NCBI GenBank assembly: GCA_001179505.1
Contig: CDMY01000283.1
Span: forward strand, 1 to 64,000
Direction: 5' to 3'
Source: Vitrella brassicaformis CCMP3155
Lineage: Eukaryota > Protista > Chromerida
DNA length: 64,000 nt
Shown: positions 43,226 to 55,425 of the stretch, piece after piece
Position numbering within the stretch: the first letter of the stretch is position 1
Layout: the number at the start of each line of letters is the position of its first letter
The notes under the pieces: generated by a model
The model's database searches: none
What the model was told of the DNA's origin: nothing
Seen by the model: only the letters and a program-made list of their open reading frames with translations
Made by a program: the position numbers and the translations under genes

Positions 43226-45717
43226 ATGGTGAAGCATCTGCCGAAAGAGAGAGCTCCTGCTGGGCGTGAGCCGAGAGAGCCTGTCCGGCTTCAAGGGCGT
43301 GTTCGCTTCCAAGACCTGATCAGTGAGACCAATCTCATTATGGTCCATGACGCAAGAGTGCATGCAAACGTGTGCTTGTTTGCTTGTGCGTGTGTGCATG
43401 CAGAGTTGTTCCCGGACGCGCCGCCGTTTCCGAATGCGAAGCCCAAGAAGCCAAAGTCGAGGCGGCGTCTGGAGGAAGCGGCGCGGGAGAGGCGCATGCG
43501 GAAGCTCCAGGAGGAGCTCCAGAGGAAGCACTTCCGTAAGCGCTTCGAGCGCACGAGAGCGCACTATGCTTGTCGCTCAACTCTCTTGTCCTGCACTGAC
43601 TGCAGTCCGTGACGACCCAGACGATCCCATCGACGAGCCCGACGAAGAAGAGCCACGGGGACAGCAGCCCCACTCTGCACGGTTGTGGTGGATGGACGGC
43701 ACCGAGGACGGCGCTGGGGCAGAGCAACTGCCGCCGCCGCCACTGTGGGTTGATGATGAGGGCGAGGGCGAGGGCGAGGGCGAGGGGGGAGAGGGCGACC
43801 AGGGCGAGGTAAGCAGTCAAAGCAGCCACATCATGGCACGTGTGCATACATGTGCCTGCCTGATGCAATGCAGGTCGGATCATCGGTGCCATGGTATGCG
43901 AGTCTGCCGCCCGACGACTTGGCGCTGGCGGAGCGCCTTGTCCGGGCGGGCGGCAAGTACCCCCGCAGCTTCATCTCAGACATCGGACACATCACCATCA
44001 ACGGGTACACCCGCCAGTCGCACTAATATGAGAGGGAAAGGGGGAATGAGAGGCGGTGCAAAGTCTCTGTCTGTTTGTGCGTGTGTGTGTTCAGCCATAA
44101 CATCGCTGCTTTGGGTGACGGGTCTGTGGTGGATAATGAGGTAGTGGATGCCGTGTTCACCCTGGCGGCCGAAAGACAGAGCCAGCTCAGACAGTCGGGC
44201 AGACTGTGAGCGACCTGCACACACCCTATCACTGCGTTCCGACCAACACGTATTCTGTGTGTCTGTGTGTGTGTGTTTGCGGCAGGTTGCCACGTGTCCG
44301 CTTCACCACCACAGACTTCTGGCAGAGCCTGGCGGGCCCCGACGACGGGTACAAATACAACTACGAAGCCGTCAAGAGCCACAACAACATCCAGGGCGTA
44401 AGTGAGCCGCCCAGTCACCCAACCACCCAGCTGCACCGAAGCCCTCGACGCATACAAACACAAACACGCCCATCGTCCGTATGTTTGTGTCATTCAGATA
44501 AGCGTGTTTGAGGTAGACTATCTGGCCGTGCCGATCTGTGATCATGGGCACTGGTCGCTAGGGTTTGTCGACGTGAGGGACTGACACACACACACACACA
44601 CACTCGCGAACGAACGAACGAACGAACGACGAGAAATGTGCCTGTCTGTGTGTGTGCCTTGTTGCCTGCAGGAGGAGACGGGTGGGGGTATTAGACACGG
44701 ACATGCTGCCCAGCGAGGATACCAGCTTCCAGTACACACACACACACACACACACATGTCCAGACAGAATGTGCCGAACGTGTCTGTCTGTCTGTGTATG
44801 TGTCTGTCTGTCTGTTGTGGTAATGCAGTTTCCTCCATTTCATGATTGACTATATGAAAGACGCCTACAGGGACTTGTTTCACCGCGAGATGCCATTTGG
44901 CGAGTTCAGACAGTGGTGCGAGGCAGATGATGAGGTACAGACACATACACACACAAGGCCTCCATGTCCCATTTCTTGTGTGTGTATGCAGTTGGATCTG
45001 CAGCAGCAGGCGTACGAGGAGGACAGCGGCATATGGATGCTGCTGTTCGGCTTCTGCTTAATGACTAGAACGTAAGCGCCCAAACAAGGAAAGGAGGCAG
45101 GCAGCCATGGGACGGGGGTCGACTTGCGTGAGTGAGCATGTGTGTGTGTGTGTGTGTGTGTGTATCAGTCCGTTTGCTAGTGTCCGCCCCCGCAGCTCGT
45201 TCCTCCGCCTCACCGGCGACTGGTCCCAGGACCAGACCGCCCTGATGGACATTGTCCGACGCAAAATGGTATGGATGGATGGACGGATGGCTGGATGGCT
45301 GGATGGTCGGTGCAATCGGTTTGGCTCTCTCGTATCAGGCTCTCTCGTATCAGGTACTTAGCCTATATCGCAAGCATCTCCCGGCTGAGGTTTTCGACAG
45401 TGCTGCTGATCGGGAGATGAGCGAGGGCGACGAGGGCGCGGTAGGCAACCAAAGCACTGTGCAAGGGTGGCGGGGTGGGTGCGTCAACGCGCCGGCCGTA
45501 TGTGTGTTGGTGCCCCCAGGTGGTATCTCCGACCGCGTCAATAGGCGACGAGGAGTTCTTCTCCCTCGACCCGCCCCCACCAGAGCAAAGTGACAGCACT
45601 GACGGCACCTTGCGGGGGGCAGAGCCACCCCAAACCAACGTCCAGGGCCATCCTTCCCGGGAGGGGGGGTTTCTGCATGGGTTCATGCAGATCGTGGAGG
45701 CCATCGCTGGAGGGTGA
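43226..45717 (+). CDS. Ulp1/SENP (peptidase C48) family protein with catalytic Cys replaced by Ser
   Basis: C48 profile: VVDNEVVDAVFTLAAER...PRVRFTTTDFWQSL; SVFEVDYLAVPICDHGHWSL (His); VGVLDT (Asp); QQQAYEEDSGIWML, where the family has QxNxxDCG; DIVRRKM|VL. Confidence 0.82.
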
Positions 45718-46626
45718 GCAGCGACGGTCATGTTACATGTGATGCGATGTGTAGTGGACATGTTCAGACAGTGACTGCGACTCGAGTACCACTCAGTTAG
45801 CTGTACATTAATTGACGCGTTATTCCGTCTGTCTGGTCGGGCTTTCCCGATCAACACACCACGCTGCGTGTAGCAGCCAGTCATTCATTTCGCGCGTCAG
45901 TCAGTCAGTCGGTCAGTCATTCAGTCATTTGGTGTTCAGGCAGTGCTTCGATTAGCCACACTTGTCTCGCTTGTACTTGCAGAGTGCTGTACGTCATGTA
46001 CTACTGCTGTACTGTATGTACTACCCGGAGAGAACCAACTTGATGACATGAACACATGCCTTCCTCGTCTATGTATGCGCACACCAAACAGCAGGCCTCT
46101 CGCAGCCATCGAATCCAAGCCTTTCCAAGCATGCATCGCCTCTCTCCCTTTCTCTCTGTCTGCCTATTGGTTGGCTGCTGTGGGTGGATGGGTGGGGCGC
46201 TTCTGTTGTTTTCCGCGTGTACATGGTGGTGTGTTCACCTGATTGTTGTTTGTTGCGTTGGATGGCTCAGTGGGCTTCCATGTTTCGCTTGCTTCCTCTG
46301 GCTTCTGTACACTTGCCAGGGCTTCATGCTGTCGGGCGATATCGCTCGTTCTTGTGTATGTAGCCAGGGGAAGTGTTCGTCATCTGTGCCCTCTATTGTC
46401 ATCTGCATGTCGGCCGGTGCCAGTGCCTTTCCTTTTGTGGTGGACCATAGGGATGGGTGGGTAGACAGCCTGCACCACACAGACTCGTTCTTGCGTACCC
46501 CTTCGGGGGGCCGGGGGGCAAGGTCCCCGTGAGGTTAACGAACGAACGAATGCATCGCGATCTCCGCGAGCTACGAAAGCCGAAAAGCAACTCGGACTCT
46601 TTGACAAATTGCGAAGATCTGCCAGC

Positions 46627-49110
46627 ATGGGGAAGCAAAGGAGACCGCTGTCCGCCACCACCACGAAAGCGAAAGAATCCCTGCTGACTCCGAGTCGTAA
46701 GTGCATCGCTCGTCAGCTCGATTCTCTCAGCCGGCGGCTGGAGCTTTATGCGGATCATGGCGCTGACGTCGTGATGCCCCTGCTTCGCGAACTCACAACC
46801 CTCTTGCACTTCGAAGGGCTCGGGGGAGGGCGCTGCCGAAGGGTGAGGAGTCGGCTGGCGAAACGCGCGAAGGCTTTCCACCAATACCTGTTCGCCATTC
46901 TGCATCTGGTCCGCGGGCAGGCAGGCAGGCAGGCAGCCAGAAGCAAGAAGGCGCGCCGCTTTGACTCTCTCTGGTGTCGTGTGTTTGCATCTATCTATCT
47001 CTTTTGCAGAGCTACAGTCCCGCGTGCCGTGAGGCTGCCGCCGTGGCAATCGCCAAGCTCGTCAAGCTCGGGTTGACCTTCGTCATCAAGCCGCAGACAT
47101 ACTATCTGGGCGAGCACCTCCTAGCGGCTCTGGAGAGTATCATCCCTGACGCCCCTCACCTGACCGCCGCTGATGAGGCCATCTACATCATCTTACTCGA
47201 AGTCATCGCCACGACGCGGGGCGGCATTGCCCCGTCGTGCTGCTACCAGGTCATCGGCGCAACCGCTGCGGACGGCACCGAATACCGCGACGTCATTCTC
47301 ACGCAGCACAAGGCTTTGTTGCGCCGCGCCGAGATCCTCCTGCAGAGCTGCGATGACCTGAGGCAGCACAGCGTCCTCTTTCTTCTGTCCTTCTACAAGC
47401 CTCTCGCGCCGCCCTCCTGCTCCGTTGGCTGCTGGATGCGTCTGATGGGTGTGGCTGGATGCCGGCTCTGCGTGTTTGTTTCACTGTGTGGACCTGGTGC
47501 TCTCTCTGTGCAGGTGTGGCCATCGGTGTCAGCCTGCGGCAGCCGGCTCCACACGAGCTCGACGTGGCCGACTCGATGCTCAGGACCGCTGACGTCAACA
47601 TCAGCGGCGCCATCCGTGCAGGTGCGCGAAGTGAGGCCACACGCGGATGTGGCCTGACTGACCTGCCCGCCATCCAGTGTGTGTGTGTGTGTGTTGGTGT
47701 TGGTGTTGGTGTTGGTGTATGTGTTTGGTCGACTGACTGTCAGGCCGCGAGGTGGAGGTGTTTGCTGCAATCGAGGAGTACCTGGCCCCCTGTGTGGGCC
47801 CGCTGGTGATGGTGCTCACGTGGAGCGGCGATGTGGCGCTGAAGCGGCGCGCGATGAGCCTTATCGGCTGGATCTTCTATTTCACCTACAAGCCGTGCAT
47901 CGAGGGATGCGCCCCTTCGTCCGTCCAGGCGGAGGTCGATAAAGGTACGTCTGGAGAGGGAAAAGACGAGAGATGTGTTCTGCTCACACTCTGTGATGTG
48001 TGTGGTCGCTCAGTGTTGCGCCAGCCGGTCCGTGTGTTGTCGGCGGATCCCTTGGCGCTCAATACCATGGCCATGCTGCTGGGTGACACACACGCCGGCG
48101 GAGACGACGTCATCTCCAACATGCACGTGCCCCTGTACATCGCCAATCACCTGTCAGGTAGGTCCTCAACCCCCACACACACCCGACGCACAGGCAACCA
48201 CAACCTTGGTGGCTCTGTGCGTTGTCGACCTTCAGATCCGTCCCTCCACGAGGGCGCAGAAGGGCACTTGAATGCCCTCATCGAGGCTGGCTGGGTGCGT
48301 GCCATCGTCGGGCTCATCCGCGACGACCGGCTGCTGTCGATCGAGGCCTTCGTCAAGTACACCCTGCCGGGCTGCATTTACGCACTGCACAACATGGCTC
48401 AGTGCGACGAACAGGTGGATGGGGAAGTGGTGAGGCAGCAAGGGCAGGGCATCCACCAGTGCTGCTGTGTTTGTGTCTGCAGGTGTTGTGTGAGACGTCC
48501 GGTGTGTCCGTCGTGGGTGCGGTATGTGAGCTGCTCGTCAAGCACGCCCGCGGCGACATCGACATGATCGAGGAGAGCGACATGCAGAACCCTGAGTCGG
48601 TCATCAATGCCATATTGTGGCTCATCAACGAATTCGTGCCGTAAGGACATACACACACCAAAGACGCACACATTTCGACGCACGTGTGTGCGCGTGTGCG
48701 TGCATTTTTGCATAGGTACGGCGAGCGGCAGATTGACCAGGGGAAGCTCAGTACCAACGTGCCTCGGGTTCTGGTCCTCCAGGTACGCTCCCGCACAACT
48801 GGACATGCACTGATATCTCCCTGGACGCGTGACGCCTGTGTGTTCGTCTCTTAGCTGCCGTCGATCAAGGAGCTCATGACCATGCCGCGTGGCCTGCAAA
48901 GGCTGCCCAGAGAGGTGATATACACAGCCGGCCACACAAGCATGATCGCGTATTGCAGTCGGGACAGCAGTGTTGTGTGCTTGTGAGTGGATGCAGGTGT
49001 TTCAGCAGCTGGATTGGCTTTACGCTGCGTCCCGCGAGGAGCAGCACATGCGGTGTCGAGCTGAGGAAATCGCACAGGCATTCGCCCTCTGGCCTGCTGC
49101 AGGCGAGTGA
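46627..49110 (+). CDS. ARM/HEAT-like repeat protein, tandem paralog A
   Basis: Same exon structure and motifs as paralogs B-D (QLDSLSRRL, YRDVILTQHKALLRRAE, FAAIEEYLAP, LIEAGWVRAIVGLIRDDRLL, CELLVKHARGDID, QQLDWLY). The GWVPAIV segment resembles importin-alpha ARM repeats. Confidence 0.75.
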
Positions 49111-49326
49111 GCCAGTGACGTCGACCGTCGATGGTGTGTCGGAGGGAAGAGGGCCGCAGCAGGCGATTTACGTACGTACATGTCTTCCGTATACGTATAC
49201 ATTTGTATATTTGTATATTTGTGTGTACACATCTCAGTATGTATATGTACATGTGTGTGTACGTTGACTCACTTCGTTTGTCGTTTTGGTGCCGGTCGGT
49301 GGTGATCTGCGGATGTGTACTTGACT

Positions 49327-49456
49327 TGTACGTGTGAATGCGACAATTTGCACTGAAATTCGAATCGTTACTTTGTCAACGAGACCTGGAGCACCGCACT
49401 GACTCCTAAAACAAGGAAAGGGGATTGGTTCAACCCTCACAAGAAATTTGCGAGCT
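49327..49456 (+). promoter_or_regulatory. Upstream region of ARM paralog B, homologous to 43034-43161
   Basis: Lies 55-185 bp upstream of the ATG at 49511. Aligns by eye with the region upstream of the Ulp1-like gene. Confidence 0.7.
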
Positions 49457-49510
49457 AAGCACCGAAAAGAGATGGCACCCTCTAGCGTCTGATCGTCTGC
49501 ATCTGCCAGC

Positions 49511-52190
49511 ATGACGGCCTCGTTGTCGAGTCAGCTGGATTCTCTCAGCCAGCGGCTGCATGAGATATCGCCAACCGCTGACCGTGAGGCGCTGATGCCG
49601 CTCCTGGAAGATCTCGTTTCCAACCTCCACTTTGACAAGAACACTGCCGCTGGGCAGCAGAAGGCCACCAGGCTAAGGAAGCTGCTGCCGCCGCTCGCCA
49701 AGGGCGCGAATTCGCCGCATCAACCACTCCTCGCCATGATCCAGGTACTTTTGTGTCGTGAGGGCATGTGGCCAATGTGAAGCGCATGCACCTCGTGTTT
49801 GTGTTTGTGCTGTCTGCAGAGTGCGAGGAGCCGTCGGTGCCGTCGTTGGGCGACCATCGCCTTCTCGAAGCTGCTCCAGGCGGGCTACCCCTTCTGCTTC
49901 AGATCTGCGCAGCCAGATCTGGTCAAGCAGCTGCTCGACAACATGGCGCTGCTCCTCCCCACGGATGCGTCAGCCAGCACTGATATTGACAACGCCGTCT
50001 ATGCCATCCTGCTCGAGGTGATCGCGGTGTATGCGGGCGGAGTGCCTGCGTCCTTCGTGGGCATCGAGGAGCGGCGGTCACCTGTGGACTACCGCGAGAT
50101 CATCGTCACCAAGCACGAGGCGTTCCTGCACCGTGCCGAGTCCATCCTGCGCCACGCACCGCGTCTGTATGGACTCGGCTACGGAGTACTCTTCCTCATC
50201 CATTTCTACCAGCCATTGGCTCCCGACTCGTGCGCCGTCCTGTCGTGGATGCGGCTGGTGAGCCTGGCCATTGACATCACCATAGACGGCTCGGCCGCCC
50301 GCTATGCTCATTACGATACTTTCTTGCTGGACCGGCTGCGATGGGATGTAAATGGGAACGTCGTGCACTCAGTGGAGAACGGTGAGTGGACTCAAATGAT
50401 ATACACATATGTGTATGTGTTGCACACGTCTGTCAGGTCGCGATGCCGAGCTGTTTGCGGCGATTGAGGAGCATCTGGTGCCGCGTGTCGGTCGCCTCGT
50501 CGAGGTCATGACGACCAGCAACGACGACAACACCAGGCGGCTGGCGATGAGCATGATCGGGTCCATTTTCTACCTTGCGCACGCGTCGTATATCAAACAC
50601 TACCCCGACCCATTCATTCAGTCCCGTGTCGACGAAGGTGAGAAGCCATCACGCCTTTGACGCACCTTGCACCATGAAGCTGTCTCCCTGTGTGTGCCCC
50701 TGTCTGTGATTCAGTGCTGAGTGAGCCTGTTCGTGTGTTGCTGGCGCATCCATGCGCCCTCAAGACCATGGCATCACTGCTCAAGACGGCCGGCACTGCC
50801 GTGGACAGCCGAGATAAGTTGACACGCAACCAGCAGATCGAGTTCAACATCATGGAGCCCAACTTCGTCGCGTTGCATCTATCAGGTGGGCCGGCAACCC
50901 ACACACACGGACACACAGACGAATGATGGATGAATGGGTCTGTGTGTGTTGACGCTTCATTCAGATCCGTCTCTCAACAAGCACGCCAGAGAGCATGTGC
51001 ACGCCCTCATCGAGGCCGGCTGGGTGCCCGCCATCGTCACGCTCATGGGCGACGACCGGCTGCTCAAGATTGAGAGATTCGCCGACATTGGTCTGCCGGG
51101 CTGCCTGAACTCTCTGTACAAAATGGCGCAGCGCGACGAAAGAGTTGGCGGTGGCTGAATGGATGAGTGAATGAGGCCCTCACTCGGTGTGTGGATGGAT
51201 GGATGTGTGCAGGTAGCGTGCGACAAGACGGTTGCGTCGGTTTGCTGTGACCTGTTGGCCAAACACGCCCGTGGCGACATCGACATAGCGATCGAGGACG
51301 AAGTCAACATCACGAACTCGGCCGTCAACACGATCATGTCCATCATCAGCGAGTTTGTCGCGTAACCAACTCACACACACACATACACACACGCCATGAC
51401 GCGGCTCTTATGTGCCTCTGTTTATCCATCCGTGCAGCTATGGCGACCGTCAGGTGGAGCGAGGCAAAATCGCCACCAACGTCTTCCGCATCTACGTCTT
51501 CAAGGTAAGCCCCCCCCCCNNNNNNNNNNNNNNNNNNNNNNNNNNNNNNNNNNNNNNNNNNNNNNNNNNNNNNNNNNNNNNNNNNNNNNNNNNNNNNNNN
51601 NNNNNNNNNNNNNNNNNNNNNNNNNNNNNNNNNNNNNNNNNNNNNNNNNNNNNNNNNNNNNNNNNNNNNNNNNNNNNNNNNNNNNNNNNNNNNNNNNNNN
51701 NNNNNNNNNNNNNNNNNNNNNNNNNNNNNNNNNNNNNNNNNNNNNNNNNNNNNNNNNNNNNNNNNNNNNNNNNNNNNNNNNNNNNNNNNNNNNNNNNNNN
51801 NNNNNNNNNNNNNNNNNNNCCCACACACAGACACCCATTATGCCTACCTGCTTGCATGTGTGTGCGCGTCTGTGGTGTGTCGTGTGTCACACACACATGA
51901 CTCCATCCAGCTGCCGTCGGTCAAGGAGCTCATGGCCATGCCACGCGAGGGAAACAAACTACCCAAGAAGGTGAGTCAGATACACGCACTGCACTGCATC
52001 CACCCAGACAGATAAATCCACGGTATGCCCATGTGTGCGTTTGCGCGTGTGGTGCGCGTGTGCACAGATACGTGACCAGTTGGATTGGCTGTACGAGACC
52101 CCCAGCAGATTCCACGCGGGGCAGCAGATGCGCCGCAGCATAGACGAGCTCATGGCGGCGCGCGCCACCGGCCTCGGTCGGGCGGGATAG
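49511..52190 (+). CDS. ARM/HEAT-like repeat protein, tandem paralog B (interrupted by an assembly gap)
   Basis: MTASLSSQLDSLSQRLHEISPTADREALMPLL...; ELFAAIEEHLVPRVGRLVEVMTTS; ALIEAGWVPAIVTLMGDDRLL; last exon IRDQLDWLYETPSRF...GLGRAG*. Confidence 0.75.
51520..51819. other. Assembly gap (300 N)
   Basis: Run of N inside an intron of ARM paralog B, after a poly-C tract. Confidence 1.
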
Positions 52191-52400
52191 TCTTCATGGC
52201 AAAGAGCCAAGTCGTGCATGTGCAGCTTCATGCGTTGTCAGGGGAGGAGGGGCGTGTGTACATACTCGTTCGTCTGTTCTCGACTGTGTGGTGTGGCGTT
52301 GCATCGTCGTGCGCCTCCAAAAAACGGAAAACAATGAATTCGATCCAATTCCTCCCTCTGCGAGCTCCTCAGCGGAGCGTTTTCCCTTTTCTTTGCCAAA

Positions 52401-54014
52401 ATGGTGTCATCATCTTCGCCGTTGTGGAGTCAGCTGGCCGCTATCAGCCAGAAGCTGCACGAGGCATCGCCCACTGCTCATCCTGACGTTCTGATGCCAC
52501 TGATGCGAGACCTGGCCTCCATCCTCTCAAGTGCGGGCAGTGAAGACGAGAAATCCGAAGAGCTGAAGAAGGCGCTGGTCAGTCTTGCCGAGAACGGTAC
52601 AGCGCTCCACAAGCCGCTGCTCGCCATCCTACAAGTACAACGGCAGCACCACCTGAAATGCAGTCAGTGCTGTGATCTGATGTGCTGTGCTTCGTGCTAT
52701 TTTGCCAGGATGCCACCAGCCGCGACTGCCGCGAGTTTGCCGTCATCTTGTTCGCAAGAGTGATGGGAGCCTGCTTCCCCTTCTCATTCGATTCGGATGT
52801 CGTTGAGCAGCTCCTCGCAGCCCTGCAGCAGATCCTGCCAGACGAGCAAGCCAAGACCGATCTGGATGAGGCCATCTATCGCATCCTTTCTGACCTGATC
52901 TCGATGCCGAAAGACGACGGCTCGACAGACTACCGCGACGCCATCGTGTCGAAGCACGAAGCCTTCCTGCTGCGTGCCGAGACCCTCGTACGCCACTCGC
53001 CGGGCTTCCCCGCTGCCGGGCTCTTCCTCCTGGCATTCTACGAGCCCGGCAAGCCTCGCTCCTGCCCCGTCGGCACGTGGGTGCGCTACATGGGACTGGC
53101 GATCGACATCGCCATGGATGGAGGGGACGACGTCAAGCAGGCCGTGGTGGAGTCCGCCCACGATGGCGTCGGACATGACATTGAAGAAGCCGTCAAAAAG
53201 GGTACGTCAAGGTGGTCGCATGGCTGGGGGATGGTCGCATACGTCAATGCGCGTGTGGTCAGGTCGTGACGAGGAGGTTTTTGCTGCGATTGGGGAGCAT
53301 CTGGTGCCGCGTGTGGGTCGCCTCGTCGAGATCATGACGACCAGCAACGACGACAACATCAAGCGGGCCGCGATGAACGTGATCGGGTGCGTGTTCCGCT
53401 TTGCCCACATCTCTTACATCGAACACTACACCAACATCTACAGAGCCCGCACCCTTCGGGGCCGCGTTGCTCAGGGTCAGTCTCTCTGCATTCGGAACAA
53501 CAAATGAATGTGATCGATCGCCTTTCTGATGCGGCTGCCTGTGTTTTTCTTCAGTGTTGCGTGAGCCGAGCCGTGTGCTGGTGTCAGATCCGCGGGCCCT
53601 CAGTACCATGGCCGCACTGCTCGGCACGGCAGCCAGTAGCGTCGTGGACACCTTAGAGTTGACACCAGGGCAAGAGGTTACATACCACATCGCCAATCCC
53701 CTGTTTGTCTTCATACACCTGACGGGTACACAGATGATCTCATTTCACACACGAAAGGAAATAATAAAGATGGATCTGCGCGTGTTCGACCTTCAGATAT
53801 TCGCTTCCACGACAACGTCAAGGTGCATGTGGACGCCCTGATCGAGGGCGGCTGGGTGCCTGCCATCTTGAACTCATCCGCGACGATCGGCTGCTCGAGA
53901 TGGAGGCCTTCGCGAAGGGCGTCCTCATGAGCTGCCTCTATGCCGTCTATAGGGCATGCCGCGCTGTCGAAAAGGTCAGTAAAACGAAGCCACTCAGCCG
54001 ACTCAGTAACGCCC

Positions 54015-54051
<37 letters not shown>

Positions 54052-54782
54052 TGTGCAGGTTTTGTGCGACAAGTCAGAGGTGTCGGTGGTGGGGGCCTGC
54101 TGTGAGCTGCTGGCCAAGCATGCCCGCGGCGAGATCGACATGATCAAGGAGGGCGACATGGGTCACCTGCAGAGGGGCATGAACGACCTGGGCCCGACCA
54201 TCATGGACATACCGGCATCAGCATCATTGCCGGGCCTCACGCTCATGGCTGGTAATGACTTATCTACCATGATGCCCCCACCATCCCTGCGGCCGAGTAT
54301 CCTCACCATCATATCACTCATCATTGACTTCGTCGCGTAAGGACACACACACACACACACACGCACATGAAGCGGAAGGTGGTGCTTTGTGTGCGTGTGG
54401 GCGCGTTTGTCTAGGTGCGATTACCGTCCGGAAGAGTCTGGGGACCCGGCCGCTAATGAGTTCCGTCAGCACGTCCTCGACGTACGCCCATGGACACACG
54501 GAACGGACAGACACAACGTGCGCGTGTCTGTGTTGTTGTGTGTCTTGGTTGGCCAGCTGCCGTCTGTCAGGGAGCTCCGGGCCATCCCGCGTGACGCTAA
54601 CAAGCTACCCAAGGAGGTTGGTACAATGAAGCGCTCCACGAGCACAGGTAGCTCTTCTGCTGTGCACTCTGCTGCAGGTGATGGACCGCTTCGATCTGCT
54701 CGCCGACAACCCCGACAAGTTCTGCTCGGAGCGTCACACGCTGCGCATCCTTGAGATGTCGTCTTTGGGCCTCACGACCTGA
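52401..54782 (+). pseudogene. ARM/HEAT-like paralog C with a 1-nt deletion frameshift (pseudogene or assembly error)
   Basis: Homologous to A, B and D. At 53871-53872 the sequence reads GCC ATC TTG AA CTC ATC CGC GAC GAT, versus GCC ATT GTG AGT CTC ATC CGC GAC GAC in D. The downstream homologous frame is offset by -1. Confidence 0.6.
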
Positions 54783-54922
54783 TGGCAGACTCTTCATCAG
54801 GCACATGGTCTTCTTCGAGAGCGGGATCTTACTTTAATTCGATGCAGGTTGACACACGTACGTGTAATGAACCGCCCATCTATGTGTATATATGTCTGAT
54901 CGCAATGCATCACCACACCAAC

Positions 54923-54953
<31 letters not shown>

Positions 54954-55425
54954 GCGCGCCAACAGCAGTGTCACACACGTCTACTCGTTTTTCGTGTTGG
55001 TTCTGTGCGGTTTTGTACGTATGCGACTGAGCGTTGGTGTTGCGTGCAATGTATGTAGCGTTTACGTCAAAGAGCTTTGTCGTCGTACAGCTCTGTCATC
55101 ACGAGACAGATCAATGCACACATCCGTCTCAACACATATTCGTCCACACATCCATACATACAAATCCCCACACTACGATCCAAGTTATCATCCAACCAAC
55201 CAGCCTGTATCGTGTATATACACATATGCACAGACATATATAGTTAACACATCTACACAAGCGGCCCGACCAACGACCGGCCGACCCACACGAACCTGAA
55301 CACACACACACACACACACACACAAAGCAGGGCAGAGAGGGAGAGAGGGCACACAAATGCAATCGACACTGCCTGCACACGTAGATAGACCATGGCACAT
55401 AGAGCAGAGCAGCAGCACAACACAA

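Noticed and set aside
46235-46480. Possible divergent small gene upstream of ARM paralog A
   Set aside because: No credible ATG or splice chain, and no motif similarity.
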